Shown: positions 19,601 to 30,498, counted from the stretch's first letter. The stretch is 64,000 nucleotides of DNA from an uncultured Solirubrobacterales bacterium (GCA_963752585.1 CAVVYV010000008.1:552197-616196), one strand, 5' to 3'. Made by a program: numbers and translations. The notes: generated by a model not told the origin, from the letters alone.

Positions 19601-20202
19601 CTGCGGCCTGGAGCCGGGCGGCGACGTTGACGGGGTCGCCCATCACCGTGTAGCGGTCGCCGACCGCGCCGGCCATCACCTCGCCGGAGTTGATCCCGAC
19701 CCGGAGCGAGAAGCCCGCGCCGTGCTCGGCCATAAGCTCCTGCATCGCCAGCCCGGCGCGCACGGCCCGCTCCGGATCGTCCTCATGGGCGACCGGCGCG
19801 CCGAATACTCCCATCACGTTGTCGCCGATGAACTTGTCGATCGTGCCGCCGAAGCGCTCGATCTCCTCGCCGAGGCGGCGGAGGGTGCGGTCGACCAGCG
19901 CCGTCACCGCCTCCGGATCCATCCGCTCGGCCGCGGCGGTGTAGCCCGAGAGGTCGGCGAAGAGGACGGTCGCCTGGCGGCGCTCCTCGGGTGGCGGCGC
20001 GACCTCGGTCGCGGGGCGCCCCCGCCGAGGTTGGGTGGTCGCCGAGCACGGTGCCGCATTCGATGCAGAACTTGGCGCCGGCCGGATTCTCGGCGCCGCA
20101 GCCCGGGCAGCGGGGGGAGAGGGCGGCGCCGCAGGACATGCAGAACTGGGCGCGCTCCGGATTCTCCGCTCCGCAGTTCTGGCAGCTTCTCCCGCTACCC
20201 AC
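16676..20202 (-). pseudogene. Multidomain signalling protein: double zinc-ribbon + class III adenylate/guanylate cyclase + STAND/AAA ATPase + TPR array; 2 frameshifts in the N-terminal third
   Basis: GTG 20202. Zinc ribbons: CQNCGAENP...CMSCGA and CPGCGAENP...CIECGT. The cyclase follows a shift near 20010-20030: RRQATVLFADLSGYT...FIGDNVMGVFGAP...RVGINSGEVMAGAVG...YTVMGDPVNVAARL. After a shift near 19573 come RLEPLRLKGKEEPV..., P-loop GQAGVGKSRLL and Walker B LVLAIDDIHWAD, followed by about 500 aa of TPR-like helices. The 16676..19372 part is one intact ORF. No LuxR/HTH domain is seen. Confidence 0.85.
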
Positions 20203-20309
20203 GGGGAAAAGGGTAGGGCAGCCGCACGTTTTGACTGGGCAGGAGGCACCGGGAAACCCGCTACGCTGCCCGCTCCCGCAGCGCCCGGCCAGGAGAGACC
20301 CGCCCGACT

Positions 20310-21386
20310 ATGCCCAGGATCCGCGCCCTCATCGTGATCGCCGTTGCCCTCGCGATCGGCCTCGTGGTCGCCGCCTGCGGCGGCGATGGCGGCGGTGGCG
20401 GCGAGGACCCGCAGCAGGTCCTCGACGCCACCTTCAACAACCAGCAGAGCGTCGACAGCGGCAGCTTCGGTCTCAGCCTCAAGGTCGAGGCCGAGGGCGA
20501 TCAGGGCGGCACCTTCGAGGGGAGCCTGGGAGGGCCCTTCCAGAGCCAGGAGGCGAAGTTCCCGCAGTTCGACCTCAGCGCGGAGATCAAGCTCGACAGC
20601 AGCGCCCAGGACTTCTCCGGCTCCGCGGGCCTCACCTCCACCGGCGCCGGCGCCTTCGTCAACTTCCAGGACACCGACTACCAGGTGCCCCAGGAGCTCT
20701 TCGACCAGTTCATCACCAGCTACGAGCAGCTCCAGCAGCAGAGCCAGGGCGACCAGAACAACGATCTCCTCGAGTCGCTCGGCATCGATCCGAGCAAGTG
20801 GCTCACCGACCTCTCCAACGAGGGCACCGAGGACGTCGACGGGACGGAGACCGTCCACATCTCGGGTCAGGCCGACGTTCCGGCGCTGGTCGAGGACATC
20901 AAGAAGATCGCCCAGAACGCCCCGAACGTGGGCGGCCAGCAGATCACCCCGCAGCAGCTCGGCCAGCTCGATCAGCTGACCAGCGTGATCAAGTCGGCCG
21001 ATTTCGACATCTACAGCGGCGAGAGCGACAACCTGCTCCGCAAGCTCGACGCGAGCCTCGATCTGGAGCCCTCCCTCGGCACCGGTGGGGCGCTTGACTC
21101 GGTCACCCTCGACGTCTCGCTGACGATCAGCCAGGTCAACGAGCCCCAGACGATCTCGGCTCCGGCCGACGCCCAGCCCCTGGCGAGCCTGCTGCAGCAG
21201 TTCGGGATCGATCCCAGGCAGCTCGGTGGCGCCCTCCGCGGCGGCCTCGGTGCCGGCGGCGCCCTGCCGCAGGCGGGCGGCTCCCAGACGCCGCCAAGCG
21301 GCGGCGCCTCACAGGCCTACCTGCAGTGCCTGCAGCAGGCCCAGGGCGAGGCGGCGGTCACCGAGTGCGCGCAGCTGCTCCGGTGA
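20310..21386 (+). CDS. Secreted lipoprotein of unknown function
   Basis: Intact 358-aa ORF. The signal peptide with lipobox reads LVVAACGG. The mature part is Gln/Asp/Ser-rich and beta-rich, with two C-terminal Cys (YLQCLQQAQGEAAVTECAQLL). No family was recognised. Confidence 0.7.
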   Translation: MPRIRALIVIAVALAIGLVVAACGGDGGGGGEDPQQVLDATFNNQQSVDSGSFGLSLKVEAEGDQGGTFEGSLGGPFQSQEAKFPQFDLSAEIKLDSSAQDFSGSAGLTSTGAGAFVNFQDTDYQVPQELFDQFITSYEQLQQQSQGDQNNDLLESLGIDPSKWLTDLSNEGTEDVDGTETVHISGQADVPALVEDIKKIAQNAPNVGGQQITPQQLGQLDQLTSVIKSADFDIYSGESDNLLRKLDASLDLEPSLGTGGALDSVTLDVSLTISQVNEPQTISAPADAQPLASLLQQFGIDPRQLGGALRGGLGAGGALPQAGGSQTPPSGGASQAYLQCLQQAQGEAAVTECAQLLR

Positions 21387-21418
21387 GAGACAAGTAGCCG
21401 CGTAAGCTTCCCGCCCTC

Positions 21419-22586
21419 ATGGAGGCAAGCCAACCGCCCGAGCCACCTACCGGGCGACCCTCACTGACGCCGTCCTTCTTCCTCACGCCCCACGGCTGGC
21501 CCTATCTGCTCGCCCCGTTCATCCCGCTGGCGATCGCGCTCGAGCTCGGGCATGCGGGGGCGGGGCTGATCTTCTTCTCCGCCGCGCTCGGGGTGATCCC
21601 GACCGCGGCGCTGATGGGCCGTGCCACCGAGGAGGTCGCCGCCCGCTCCGGTCCCGGGATCGGCGGGCTGCTGAACGTCACCTTCGGCAATGCCCCCGAG
21701 CTGATCATCGCCCTGTTCGCGCTCGAGGCCGGTCTCCAGGAGGTGGTCAAGGCCTCGATCATCGGCTCGATCCTGGGGAACATCCTGCTGGTGATGGGGG
21801 CGGCGATGCTCGCCGGCGGGCTCACCGGCGGCCGCAAGCTCCAGCGCTTCGACCGGACCGCGGCCAACGTCCAGTCGCTGATGCTCTTCCTCGCGGTCGC
21901 CGCGATGGTGCTGCCCGGCGATCTTCGAGCTGGTCGAGGGCCAGGGGCTGCCGGGCATCGACCAGGAGCGGGTCAACTTCGACAACACGGTCGAGGACCT
22001 CTCGCTCGCAGTGGCGATCGTCCTGATCGGCACCTACGCCTGCGGGCTGCTGTTCAGCCTCCGCACCCACCGGGAGCTGTTCAACCCCCATAGCGACGAC
22101 GAAGAGGCCCACGACGACACCTGGGGCTGGTCGGTCCGGACCTCCGTGATCGCGCTCGCGACCGCCGGGATCGCGGTCGGCGTGATGTCCGAGATCCTGG
22201 TCGGTTCGATCGAGGCGACGTCCTCGTCGATCGGCCTGAGCGAGTTCTTCATCGGGGTGATCGTGGTCGCGATCGTCGGCAACGCCGCCGAGCACTGGGT
22301 GGCTGTGCTGGTCGCGATCAAGGGCAAGATGGACCTCTCGGTGAACATCGCGATCGGATCGAGCGCCCAGGTCGCGCTGTTCGTCGCACCGGTCCTGGTG
22401 ATCACCTCGTTCTTCCTCGGCCCCGGTCCGATGCCGCTCGTCTTCAACGGGTTCGAGATCGCGGCGCTCGTCCTCGGGGTCCTTGTCGCCTATCAGGTGA
22501 CCAACGAGGGCGAGTCGAACTGGTTCGAGGGAGTGCAGCTGCTCGCCCTCTACGCGATCCTCGGCCTTACCTTCTTCTACGCCTGA
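21419..22586 (+). pseudogene. cax: Ca2+/H+ antiporter (CAX/ChaA family), 1 frameshift
   Basis: ORFs 21419..22093 and 22011..22586 join at the ccc run 21914-21916 (...LFLAVAAMVLP|AIFELVEGQGLPG...). Both alpha-repeat signatures are present (TFGNAPELIIALFA and IVGNAAEHWVAV). Confidence 0.85.
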
Positions 22587-22617
22587 TGCCGTTCACGCCC
22601 CCGGAGGCGGGCCGCTG

Positions 22618-23610
22618 ATGGAGATCTTCCTGCTTGTCCTGAGCTTCGCCGTGATCCTCGCCGGAGCGCTGCTGTTCACGAACGCGATCGAGTGGATCGG
22701 CCACAAGCTCAACCTGGGGGAGGGCGCGGTCGGCAGCCTTCTGGCGGCGGTCGGGACGGCGCTGCCGGAGACCCTGATCGCGATCGTCGCCCTGGTCGGC
22801 GCCACCAAGAGCGAGGAGGTGGCGATCGGGGCGATCGTCGGCGCCCCCTTCCTCCTGGCGACGCTGGCGATGGGGCTGGTCGGGCTGACCGCCTACCTCT
22901 ATCGCCGCAGGCGGGCCCAGGGGATCGAGCTGCGCGCGCACGTGCCGACGCTCGACCGTGACCTCGCCTTCTTCATGGTCTTCTTCGGCCTCGCCCTGGT
23001 CCTCGGCTTCGGGGCCCCGGAGTCGATCCGGACCCCCGCGGGGATCGTCGGCGTGGGCTCCTACTTCGCCTACGTCTTCTTCACCGTCCGCAACCCCGGC
23101 CCGCTCCAGCCCGAGGAGACCCTGAACCCGCTGATCCTCGTGCGGGGGGACGGTCGGGGGGACGAGCCGCCGCTGTGGCTGGCGGCGATCCAGTGCCTGG
23201 TTGGGCTGATGGCGATGGTCGGCGGCGCCCACCTGTTCGTCGAGGAGCTCCTCAACGTCGCGGAGGACCTCGGGGTCGAGGCGATCGTGCTCTCGCTGAT
23301 TCTCGCCCCGCTCGCGACCGAGCTCCCGGAGAAGGTCAACAGCTTCTTCTGGGTGCGCGAGGGCAAGGACGCCCTGGCGCTGGGCAACATCACCGGCGCG
23401 ATGGTCTTCCAGTCGACGATCCCGGTCGGGATCGGGCTGATCTTCACCGACTGGGAGCTGGGCGGCAACGCGGCCGTCTCGGTCGCCCTCGGCCTCGCCG
23501 GCGGGCTCCTCGCTTACTGGGCGCTTCGCCTGCGCGACCGCTTCGAGCTCGCCCCGGTGCTCGGCTGGCTCGCGCTCTACGCCGCCTTCATCGTCGTCGT
23601 CTCGGTGTAG
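22618..23610 (+). CDS. Sodium/calcium exchanger membrane-region protein (CaCA superfamily, YrbG-like)
   Basis: Intact 330-aa polytopic ORF. ...GSLLAAVGTALPETLIAIVAL... and ...APLATELPEKVNSFFWV...GNITGAMVFQSTIPVG... resemble the two alpha-repeats of CaCA exchangers. Confidence 0.7.
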   Translation: MEIFLLVLSFAVILAGALLFTNAIEWIGHKLNLGEGAVGSLLAAVGTALPETLIAIVALVGATKSEEVAIGAIVGAPFLLATLAMGLVGLTAYLYRRRRAQGIELRAHVPTLDRDLAFFMVFFGLALVLGFGAPESIRTPAGIVGVGSYFAYVFFTVRNPGPLQPEETLNPLILVRGDGRGDEPPLWLAAIQCLVGLMAMVGGAHLFVEELLNVAEDLGVEAIVLSLILAPLATELPEKVNSFFWVREGKDALALGNITGAMVFQSTIPVGIGLIFTDWELGGNAAVSVALGLAGGLLAYWALRLRDRFELAPVLGWLALYAAFIVVVSV

Positions 23611-23612
23611 TC

Positions 23613-23972
23613 CTAATCCTCGCGGCCGGGGTCCTGGCCGTCCTCGCCCTCGTCCTCCTCCTCGTCGCCCTGCTCGAGGGCGGCCTCGGAGAGCGACCCA
23701 CCCGCGCCGGGGTGGTAGTGGGTCTGGAACCGCTCGAGGAGCTCGTCGCGCTGCTCGTCGTCGACCGGGACGTCGTCGGAGATTCGCACCCAGTCGGCCC
23801 CCTCGTAGGCCTCCATGTTGAAGACCTCCTGGTCGATCGAGGAAGAGTCGTCGACCACCACCAGAACCTCGGTCTGCGGGTTGAAGTAGGTCCCCGGCTG
23901 CACGATCAGCTCCTCGAGCTCGACCACGCGATCCTCGGCGTCACCGTTGGGGCCGGCCATTGCGCCCGGCAT
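23613..23972 (-). CDS. Acidic hypothetical protein
   Basis: Intact 119-aa ORF, starting 1 nt after the stop of the upstream gene (TAA-g-ATG). The tail is strongly acidic (EQGDEEEDEGEDGQDPGRED). No family was recognised. Confidence 0.5.
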   Translation of the reverse strand: MPGAMAGPNGDAEDRVVELEELIVQPGTYFNPQTEVLVVVDDSSSIDQEVFNMEAYEGADWVRISDDVPVDDEQRDELLERFQTHYHPGAGGSLSEAALEQGDEEEDEGEDGQDPGRED

Positions 23973-23973
23973 C

Positions 23974-24438
23974 TTATTGCCCGAGGTTCTCCAGCTCGCT
24001 CAGCTGCCGCTCGATCTCCTCCTCGACGTCGAGCGCCTCCTTGCCCTGGCGCCGGCGCCGCTCGTTGCGGGCGACGACGAGCTGCCGGACCTCCTCGCGC
24101 AGGTCTTGGTCCTGCCCCAGCGCCCCCGAGCCGCCGGCTCCCTCCAGCAGCTTCTCGACCTCGGCCTCGACGTCGAGCGCCTCCTCCCCCCGGGCCACCC
24201 GGCGATAGGAGCGGGCTTCGACCATCTGCCGGATCTCCTCCTCGCGAACCGCCGCGGAGACCGGCGGGGGGCCCGATCCGCCCCGCTGCGGCATCTCCTG
24301 CTCGATCGCGAAGTCCCCCTTGCCGATCTGCTTTAGGGCGTTCCCGGCGCCCATCGCGAAGGCGATCGCCCCGAGCGGAAGGGCGACGAGGACGACCAGG
24401 ATCAGCACCGTTCCAAACTCGACCGCGGCCAATGGCAT
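23974..24438 (-). CDS. N-terminally membrane-anchored protein with an internal tandem duplication
   Basis: Intact 154-aa ORF with one TM helix (FGTVLILVVLVALPLGAIAFAMG). Two approximately 32-aa repeats follow: EEIRQMVEARSYRRVARGEEALDVEAEVEKLL and EEVRQLVVARNERRRRQGKEALDVEEEIERQL (19/32 identical by eye). Confidence 0.55.
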   Translation of the reverse strand: MPLAAVEFGTVLILVVLVALPLGAIAFAMGAGNALKQIGKGDFAIEQEMPQRGGSGPPPVSAAVREEEIRQMVEARSYRRVARGEEALDVEAEVEKLLEGAGGSGALGQDQDLREEVRQLVVARNERRRRQGKEALDVEEEIERQLSELENLGQ

Positions 24439-24522
24439 GGCTCAGAGACTACGCGGGAACGGGCGCCCCGCCCCCTACCCGCGCATGAGGGCGAGCCGAT
24501 CGGGTACGCTTCCAGGGCTGGC

Positions 24523-24536
24523 TGACTGACCAGTCA
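24523..24536. promoter_or_regulatory. Perfect 6-2-6 palindrome TGACTG-AC-CAGTCA upstream of the acyl-CoA dehydrogenase gene (candidate repressor operator)
   Basis: Read directly from the sequence. It lies 48 nt upstream of GTG 24584, in the divergent gap 24439-24583. The geometry is typical of TetR/FadR-type operators. No cognate regulator gene was identified in the window. Confidence 0.4.
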
Positions 24537-24583
24537 ATCGGTTCCGGCAACGGACTTAAACGCGCGACAAGGAGTGGCTATCC

Positions 24584-25815
<1,232 letters not shown>

Positions 25816-25819
<4 letters not shown>

Positions 25820-26583
25820 TCGCCGGCGAAGAACTCGAGCGCGGTCTTCGTCTTCGTCTGCTGCTCGCCGGAGAGGTTGACGCCCCGCTCGCTCAGGTAC
25901 GCCCTGGCCGGGCGGCGACGTCGAAGGCCTCCTCGGGCTTGCACTTGGTGGAGAGCTCGAGGATCCTCGAGCCGTCCGGGTAGAGCCAGAGCTCCGCTAC
26001 GAGCTTCCGGTCATAGCCCTCGGGCGCGTGCTTCAGCTTGAGCACGTGGACGGGGCCGAGCACGCTGAGGTCGTCGAGCTCGATTCCCTTCGGGGCGTGC
26101 TCGGCGTAGAAGGCGCGCTGCTCCTTGGAGAAGAGCTTGCTGAGCGGGCGGCTGCCCGCGAGCGCCGCCTCCTTCACCCGCCCGGCCTTGAGCTCGCCCT
26201 TGAACGACCCAGAGCAGACGAAGCCGCCGGGCATCGCGTCGACCTCGACCCCGAAGGTCTTCGCCGCCCGCACCTCGTCGGGCAGCTCCTGGGGGACCAC
26301 CGGGCGAAGCTTCACCACCGAGTCATCAGGCCTTCCCTGCGAGCGGCGAGCCCGCGCCACCACGCCCGCCTTGTTCAGGGTGAGCTCTGGGGTGTCGAAG
26401 AAGAAGATCTGCTCTCAGGTAGCTGTCGAGCGGATCCAGCTCCAGGGCCTGTCCGGTCGAGCGCTGGTCCTCGTCGGGGACCGTGAGCTTCAGCTCGACG
26501 CTGTCCGCCCCCTCGATCAGCCCGAGGATCTCCCTCAGCTGCTGATCGGTGAGCCCCGGTGCCGCTTCCGCCGCTGTAGCCAT
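25816..26583 (-). pseudogene. CYTH-like domain protein (putative), 2 frameshifts
   Basis: ORF 26326..26583 (...GADSVELKLTVPDEDQRSTGQALELDPLDSYL) joins ORF 25893..26363 near 26414 (|EQIFFFDTPELTLNKAGVVARARRSQGRPDDSVVKLRPV...DAMPGGFVCSGSFK...). A second shift near 25908 gives ...FDVAARARAYLSERGVNLSGEQQTKTKTALEFFAGD*. The stop shares CTAG with the ACAD stop. The family call is from memory and moderate. Confidence 0.5.
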
Positions 26584-26658
26584 TCCTCGCTCCTCCGGTC
26601 GAGGCGCCCCTCCCTGACCTTATGGCATCCGCCTCGAATTCAGTTGGCTTTGTAATCA

Positions 26659-26672
26659 ACTTACGTGTAAGT
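26659..26672. promoter_or_regulatory. Inverted repeat ACTTAC-gt-GTAAGT in an AT-rich patch, candidate PadR operator
   Basis: The 6-nt arms are read directly from the sequence. It lies in the divergent gap between the CYTH-like gene (start 26583) and the PadR gene (GTG 26694). Confidence 0.4.
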
Positions 26673-26693
26673 AGCCCCGTAGACTCGGGTCCC

Positions 26694-27163
26694 GTGGCCG
26701 AGCGCGAGCAGGGGGCGAAGCCAATCTCAGAGGCGGTGGCCCAGGCGGCGAAGGCCGGCGCCGAGGGGGTGCGGGAGCGCGAGGGCCGCAGGCGCGGCGG
26801 GCGGCCTTCCGACGTCTTCGGTGGAGAGGTCCGGCGCCGCGACGTCTTCCCGCTGCTCGTCCTCCACCTGATCGCCCAGGAGCCCGCCTACGGCAACCGC
26901 CTGATCGAGTCGATCGAGGAGATCACCCAGGGGGTGGTCTCGGTCAATCCCAACACGATGTACCCGCTCTCCGCGAGATGGAGGGGGAGGGCCTGGTGGA
27001 GGGGCGCTGGGAGCTACCCGACCGCCGCACTCGGCGCTACTACTCGATCACCCCCGCCGGCCGCCGCGAGTACAAGCGCCTCCTCGGCGAGGTCGAGCCC
27101 TTCCTCGACTCGGTGATCCGCTCGGTGAGCCTGATCAAGCGCGAGGTCTACGGGTCCCAATAG
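26694..27163 (+). pseudogene. PadR-family transcriptional regulator, 1 frameshift
   Basis: ...DVFPLLVLHLIAQEPAYGNRLIESIEEITQGVVSVNPNTMYPL|LREMEGEGLVEGRWELPDRRTRRYYSITPAGRREYKRLL... joins ORFs 26622..27116 and 26978..27163 near 26969 (an apparent 1-nt deletion). Confidence 0.8.
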
Positions 27164-27169
27164 GCAAAT

Positions 27170-27790
27170 TCATCGCTCGCGGCCGATCTCCCTCCGGTAG
27201 CGGGCGTCCTCATCCTCGACCGCGCGCGCCTTTGCAAGTACCTCTTCGATCTGGGCGTCGGGGATCATGACCGCCCCGGAGCGATCAGCGAACACGTACT
27301 GGCCGGGCATCACTCCCACACCCGAGAGGATCACGGGGACGTTGGCCTGGAAAGGTGTCACCTCGTCCCCGCCCCATCGAGTCGACTCCCCAGAGCAGTA
27401 GGCGGCGAACTCGTACCCGGCGAGCTCGTCGAAGTCTCGCAAGCGGCCGTCGGTGATCACCCCGGCGCATCCGTGGTGCTGCAATCGGGAGAGCTTCGTG
27501 CCGCCCCCCATCGAGACGTCGGTGTAGCCGTTGCTGGCCAGCACCACGACCTTCCCCTCTGGCTCGTCGCCGACGGCCTCGTAGAAGAGGTTCGCGAGGT
27601 TGTAGCGCTCCGGGTCAAGCCGCGCCGAGCAGCTCGGGAAGTACGAGATCGTGACCGCCGGACCAAAGAGCACCCGCCCGGGCGTCGGGCTGACGAGGTC
27701 GAGGATGTGGCAACGGTGCCTATGGAGCCGCCCCATCGCGTCAACCAGGTCCGAGGTCTTGAGGCCCTCGAGGGATTGCACGCCCCTCAC
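27170..27790 (-). CDS. RraA-family protein (RNase E inhibitor / HMG-CHA aldolase / demethylmenaquinone methyltransferase-like fold)
   Basis: Intact 206-aa ORF. ...GKVVVLASNGYTDVSMGGGTKLSRLQHHGCAGVITDGRLRDFDEL... is typical of the RraA/RraA-like family. Confidence 0.7.
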   Translation of the reverse strand: MRGVQSLEGLKTSDLVDAMGRLHRHRCHILDLVSPTPGRVLFGPAVTISYFPSCSARLDPERYNLANLFYEAVGDEPEGKVVVLASNGYTDVSMGGGTKLSRLQHHGCAGVITDGRLRDFDELAGYEFAAYCSGESTRWGGDEVTPFQANVPVILSGVGVMPGQYVFADRSGAVMIPDAQIEEVLAKARAVEDEDARYRREIGRER

Positions 27791-27845
27791 CCTATGCCTG
27801 TGTGATTGGCGGCAGGTCAGTCAGCCCCTCCGCGTGAAAGGGGCG

Positions 27846-28321
27846 CTAGAGGTCGCGCTCGTAGTAGAGCATCACCGGGCCGTCGGGCCTCGCCCTCGCG
27901 GTTGGTGAAGCCGGCGCTCTCGTAGAGGCCCGAGCGGCTGTGTCGGTCTCGCTCGTGCCCAGGTCGATGATGTCGGCGCCGTGCTCGCGCGCCGCCTCCA
28001 TCGCCGCCTCGAGCAGGGCGCGGCCGAGTCCCTCGCCGCGACGTCGGCGGGCACCACGTAGAGCTCCTCGAGGTAGGCGGCGAGCGCCTCCGAGTAGACT
28101 GGCCGTCGGAAGCGGAGCTGCGCGAAGCCGTCCGGGCCGTCCCCGCCGAGGAGCACCGTCGACCTCGCCGCTCCCGAGCTGCTCGCGGTAGCGGCGCTCG
28201 GCGAGCACGTCAGGCTCGTCGATCGGCTCGTCGAACTCGGTGTTGAAGTCGTGCATCAGCCGGGCGACCTCGGCCGCGTCGCTCGACGGTGGCTCGCCGG
28301 ACCCTCGGATCGCTCGGACAT
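27846..28321 (-). pseudogene. GNAT-family acetyltransferase, at least 4 frameshifts including two compensating pairs
   Basis: ATG 28321. The main frame gives RAIRGSGEPPSSDAAEVARLMHDFNTEFDEP..., ...RRGEGLGRALLEAAMEAAREHGADIIDLGTSETDTAAR... and ...GPVMLYYERDL*. Between them, VLLGGDGPDGFAQLRFRRPVYSEALAAYLEELYVVPA (about 28150-28045) and GLYESAGFTNREGEA (about 27935-27900) lie in the other two frames. Confidence 0.7.
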
Positions 28322-28400
28322 GCCGAGAGTATGTCGGCGGCGGGTGCCGTGAGCCTCTATAGCCTTCCCCGGCCAACCGACCCTGAGAGGGAGTCCGCAC

Positions 28401-30398
28401 ATGTTCGTCTTCAAGGCCGCCGTGCTGGGCGGCGGCACGATGGGCGGCGAGATCGCCCAGGTGATCGCCAAAGCCGACATCCCGGTGGTCGTCAAGGACG
28501 TCGAGCAGAAGTTCGTCGACCACGCGCTGGAGAAGTCGCGCGAGGTCACAAAGTCCCAGCTCGACAAGCTCGTCTCGAAGGAGAAGCTCACTCAGGAGGC
28601 CGCCGACGCCCGCCTCGACGAGGTGATGGGGCTGATCACCGGCGCCACCACCTACGACGACTTCGGCGACGTCGACATCGTGATCGAGGCGGTGCCGGAG
28701 AAGATGGACCTGAAGAAGTCCGTCTACCGCGAGCTCGACCAGGTCACTCCCGGCCACGCGATCCTCGCCTCCAACACCTCCTCGCTCTCGATCACCGAGA
28801 TGGGCCGCGAGACGCTGCGACCCGGCAAGGTCGTCGGCTTCCACTTCTTCTATCCCGGCGTCGGTGATGCCGCTGGTCGAGATCATCAGCGGCGAGGACA
28901 CCTCGCGGGAGACGGTGACCGCCGCCTTCAACTTCGCCCAGGCGATCCGCAAGCAGCCGATCACGTGCTCGGAGGTGCCCGGCTTCGTCGTCAACCGGAT
29001 CCTCAACTCGGCCGCGGGCGAGGTCTGGCGCCAGCAGGAGGAGAAGGGCCTCTCGATCAAGAAGATCGACGAGGGCGTGGCGGCCGCGAACGTGTCGCCG
29101 ATGGGGCCGTTCTTCCTGATCGACATGCTCGGCCTCGACACCGTCCTTCACGTCGCCGAGCACCTCCACGAGTCCTACGGCGATTCCTTCTACGTCCACA
29201 AGGGGATGCGGAAGCTGGTCGCCGACGGCCACCTCGGGGCGAAGTCGGGCGGCGACGGCTTCTACAAGGACGGCGAGCCCCAGATCGAGGGCGACGCCGA
29301 CCCCGATCCGGAGGAGCTCGCCGACCTGTTCATCCTCAAGTCGCTGGTCGAGGCGTGCGCGCTGCTCGAGGAGGGCGTCTCGACCGTCCGCGAGATCGAC
29401 CTCGGGATGATGGCCGGCGCCGGGCTCGACCCGCGCCGGGGCCTGTTCCCGCCGTTCTGGAAGGCCGACCTCGAGGGCCTCGACACGATCCTGGAGAAGC
29501 TCGAGCGCTACGAGGAGAGCCACGGGGAGCGCTTCGCTCCGCCGCGGACCCTGAAGCGCCTCGTCGCCCAGGGCCGCCTCGGCCTGAAGACGGGGCAGGG
29601 CTTCTACGCCTACCCGCAGGGCGAGGCCGAGGGCGCGGTGAAGCTGGAGAAGCGCGGCGAGGTGGCGATCGCCTGGCTCGCCAACCCGCCGATGAACGCG
29701 ATCTCGCCGAGCGTGATCGAGGACCTGGGCAAGGTCTGGGAGCAGGTGAAGGGCGACGGTGAGGTGAAGGCGATGGTCGTCTACTCCTCGCTGCCGGTGG
29801 TCTACTCGGCCGGCGCCGACATCAAGGCCTTCACCCAGATGGACACCCCGGAGAAGGGGGCCGAGCTGATCAACAACGGCCACGCCCTGCTCAAGGAGCT
29901 GGGGGAGAGCCGGATCTCGACCGTGGCGGCGGTGAACGCGATCGCCTACGGCGGCGGCTGCGAGCTGGCGATGGCGTGCGACTTCCGGGTCGCGGCCCAG
30001 TCCGCCGTCTTCGGCCAGCCGGAGATCAACCTCGGGATCATCCCCGGCTTCGGCGGCACCCAGCGCCTCCCCCGGCTGGTCGGGGAGTCGAAGGCGAAGG
30101 AGATGAACCTGACCGGCGACGCCGTCCTCGCGCCGCGAGGCGCGCGTGATCGGCCTCGCCGACGACCTCGTTCCCGACGAGGAGCTGCTCGACGTGGCGA
30201 TCCTCTGGGCGCGGAAGCTGGCCGGCCAGGCGCCGCTCGCGGTCGAGCAGGTGAAGCTCGATCTCCCACAAGGGGGATCTCGACGAGGGGATCGAGGCGG
30301 AGAAGCAGGCGTTCGCGAAGGTGTTCCTCTCCGAGGACGGCCGGGAGGGGATCTCGGCGTTCCTCCAAAAGCGGAAGGCTGAATGGAAGGGCAAGTAG
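28401..30398 (+). pseudogene. Bifunctional 3-hydroxyacyl-CoA dehydrogenase / enoyl-CoA hydratase (FadB-like, HAD domain N-terminal), 3 frameshifts
   Basis: MFVFKAAVLGGGTMGGEIAQ (Rossmann)...ASNTSSLSITEM...GFHFFYP|ASVMPLVEIISGEDTS...(ORF 28864..30474)...YSAGADIKAF...AYGGGCELAMACDFRVA...LTGDAVLAP|EARVIGLADDLVP...EQVKL|ISHKGDLDEGIEAEKQAFAKVFLSEDGREGISAFLQKRKAEWKGK*. Shifts lie near 28856, 30135 and 30262. Confidence 0.85.
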
Positions 30399-30409
30399 TG
30401 GGCGGGCGC

Positions 30410-30459
30410 CGGGGTCGCCGTCTCAGCCGAGAACACCATCGTCTGATCCGGCGACCCCG
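30410..30459. repeat. 11-bp inverted repeat CGGGGTCGCCG ... CGGCGACCCCG (28-nt spacer) between the fadB-like and Sir2 genes; possible stem-loop
   Basis: The arms at 30410-30420 and 30449-30459 are perfect reverse complements, read directly from the sequence. Function is unknown; it could be a terminator or processing site, but there is no U-tract. Confidence 0.4.
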
Positions 30460-30498
30460 CACCCGCCACGATAGCCGTCCATTCATTGCCGCTGTCAA

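Noticed and set aside
16676-20202. STAND-TPR cyclase as an Avs-like antiviral sensor
   Set aside because: The architecture matches the widespread actinobacterial cyclase-ATPase-TPR signalling proteins. No nuclease, protease or TIR effector, mobile element or other defence gene is nearby. It is kept only as a low-probability alternative in the findings.
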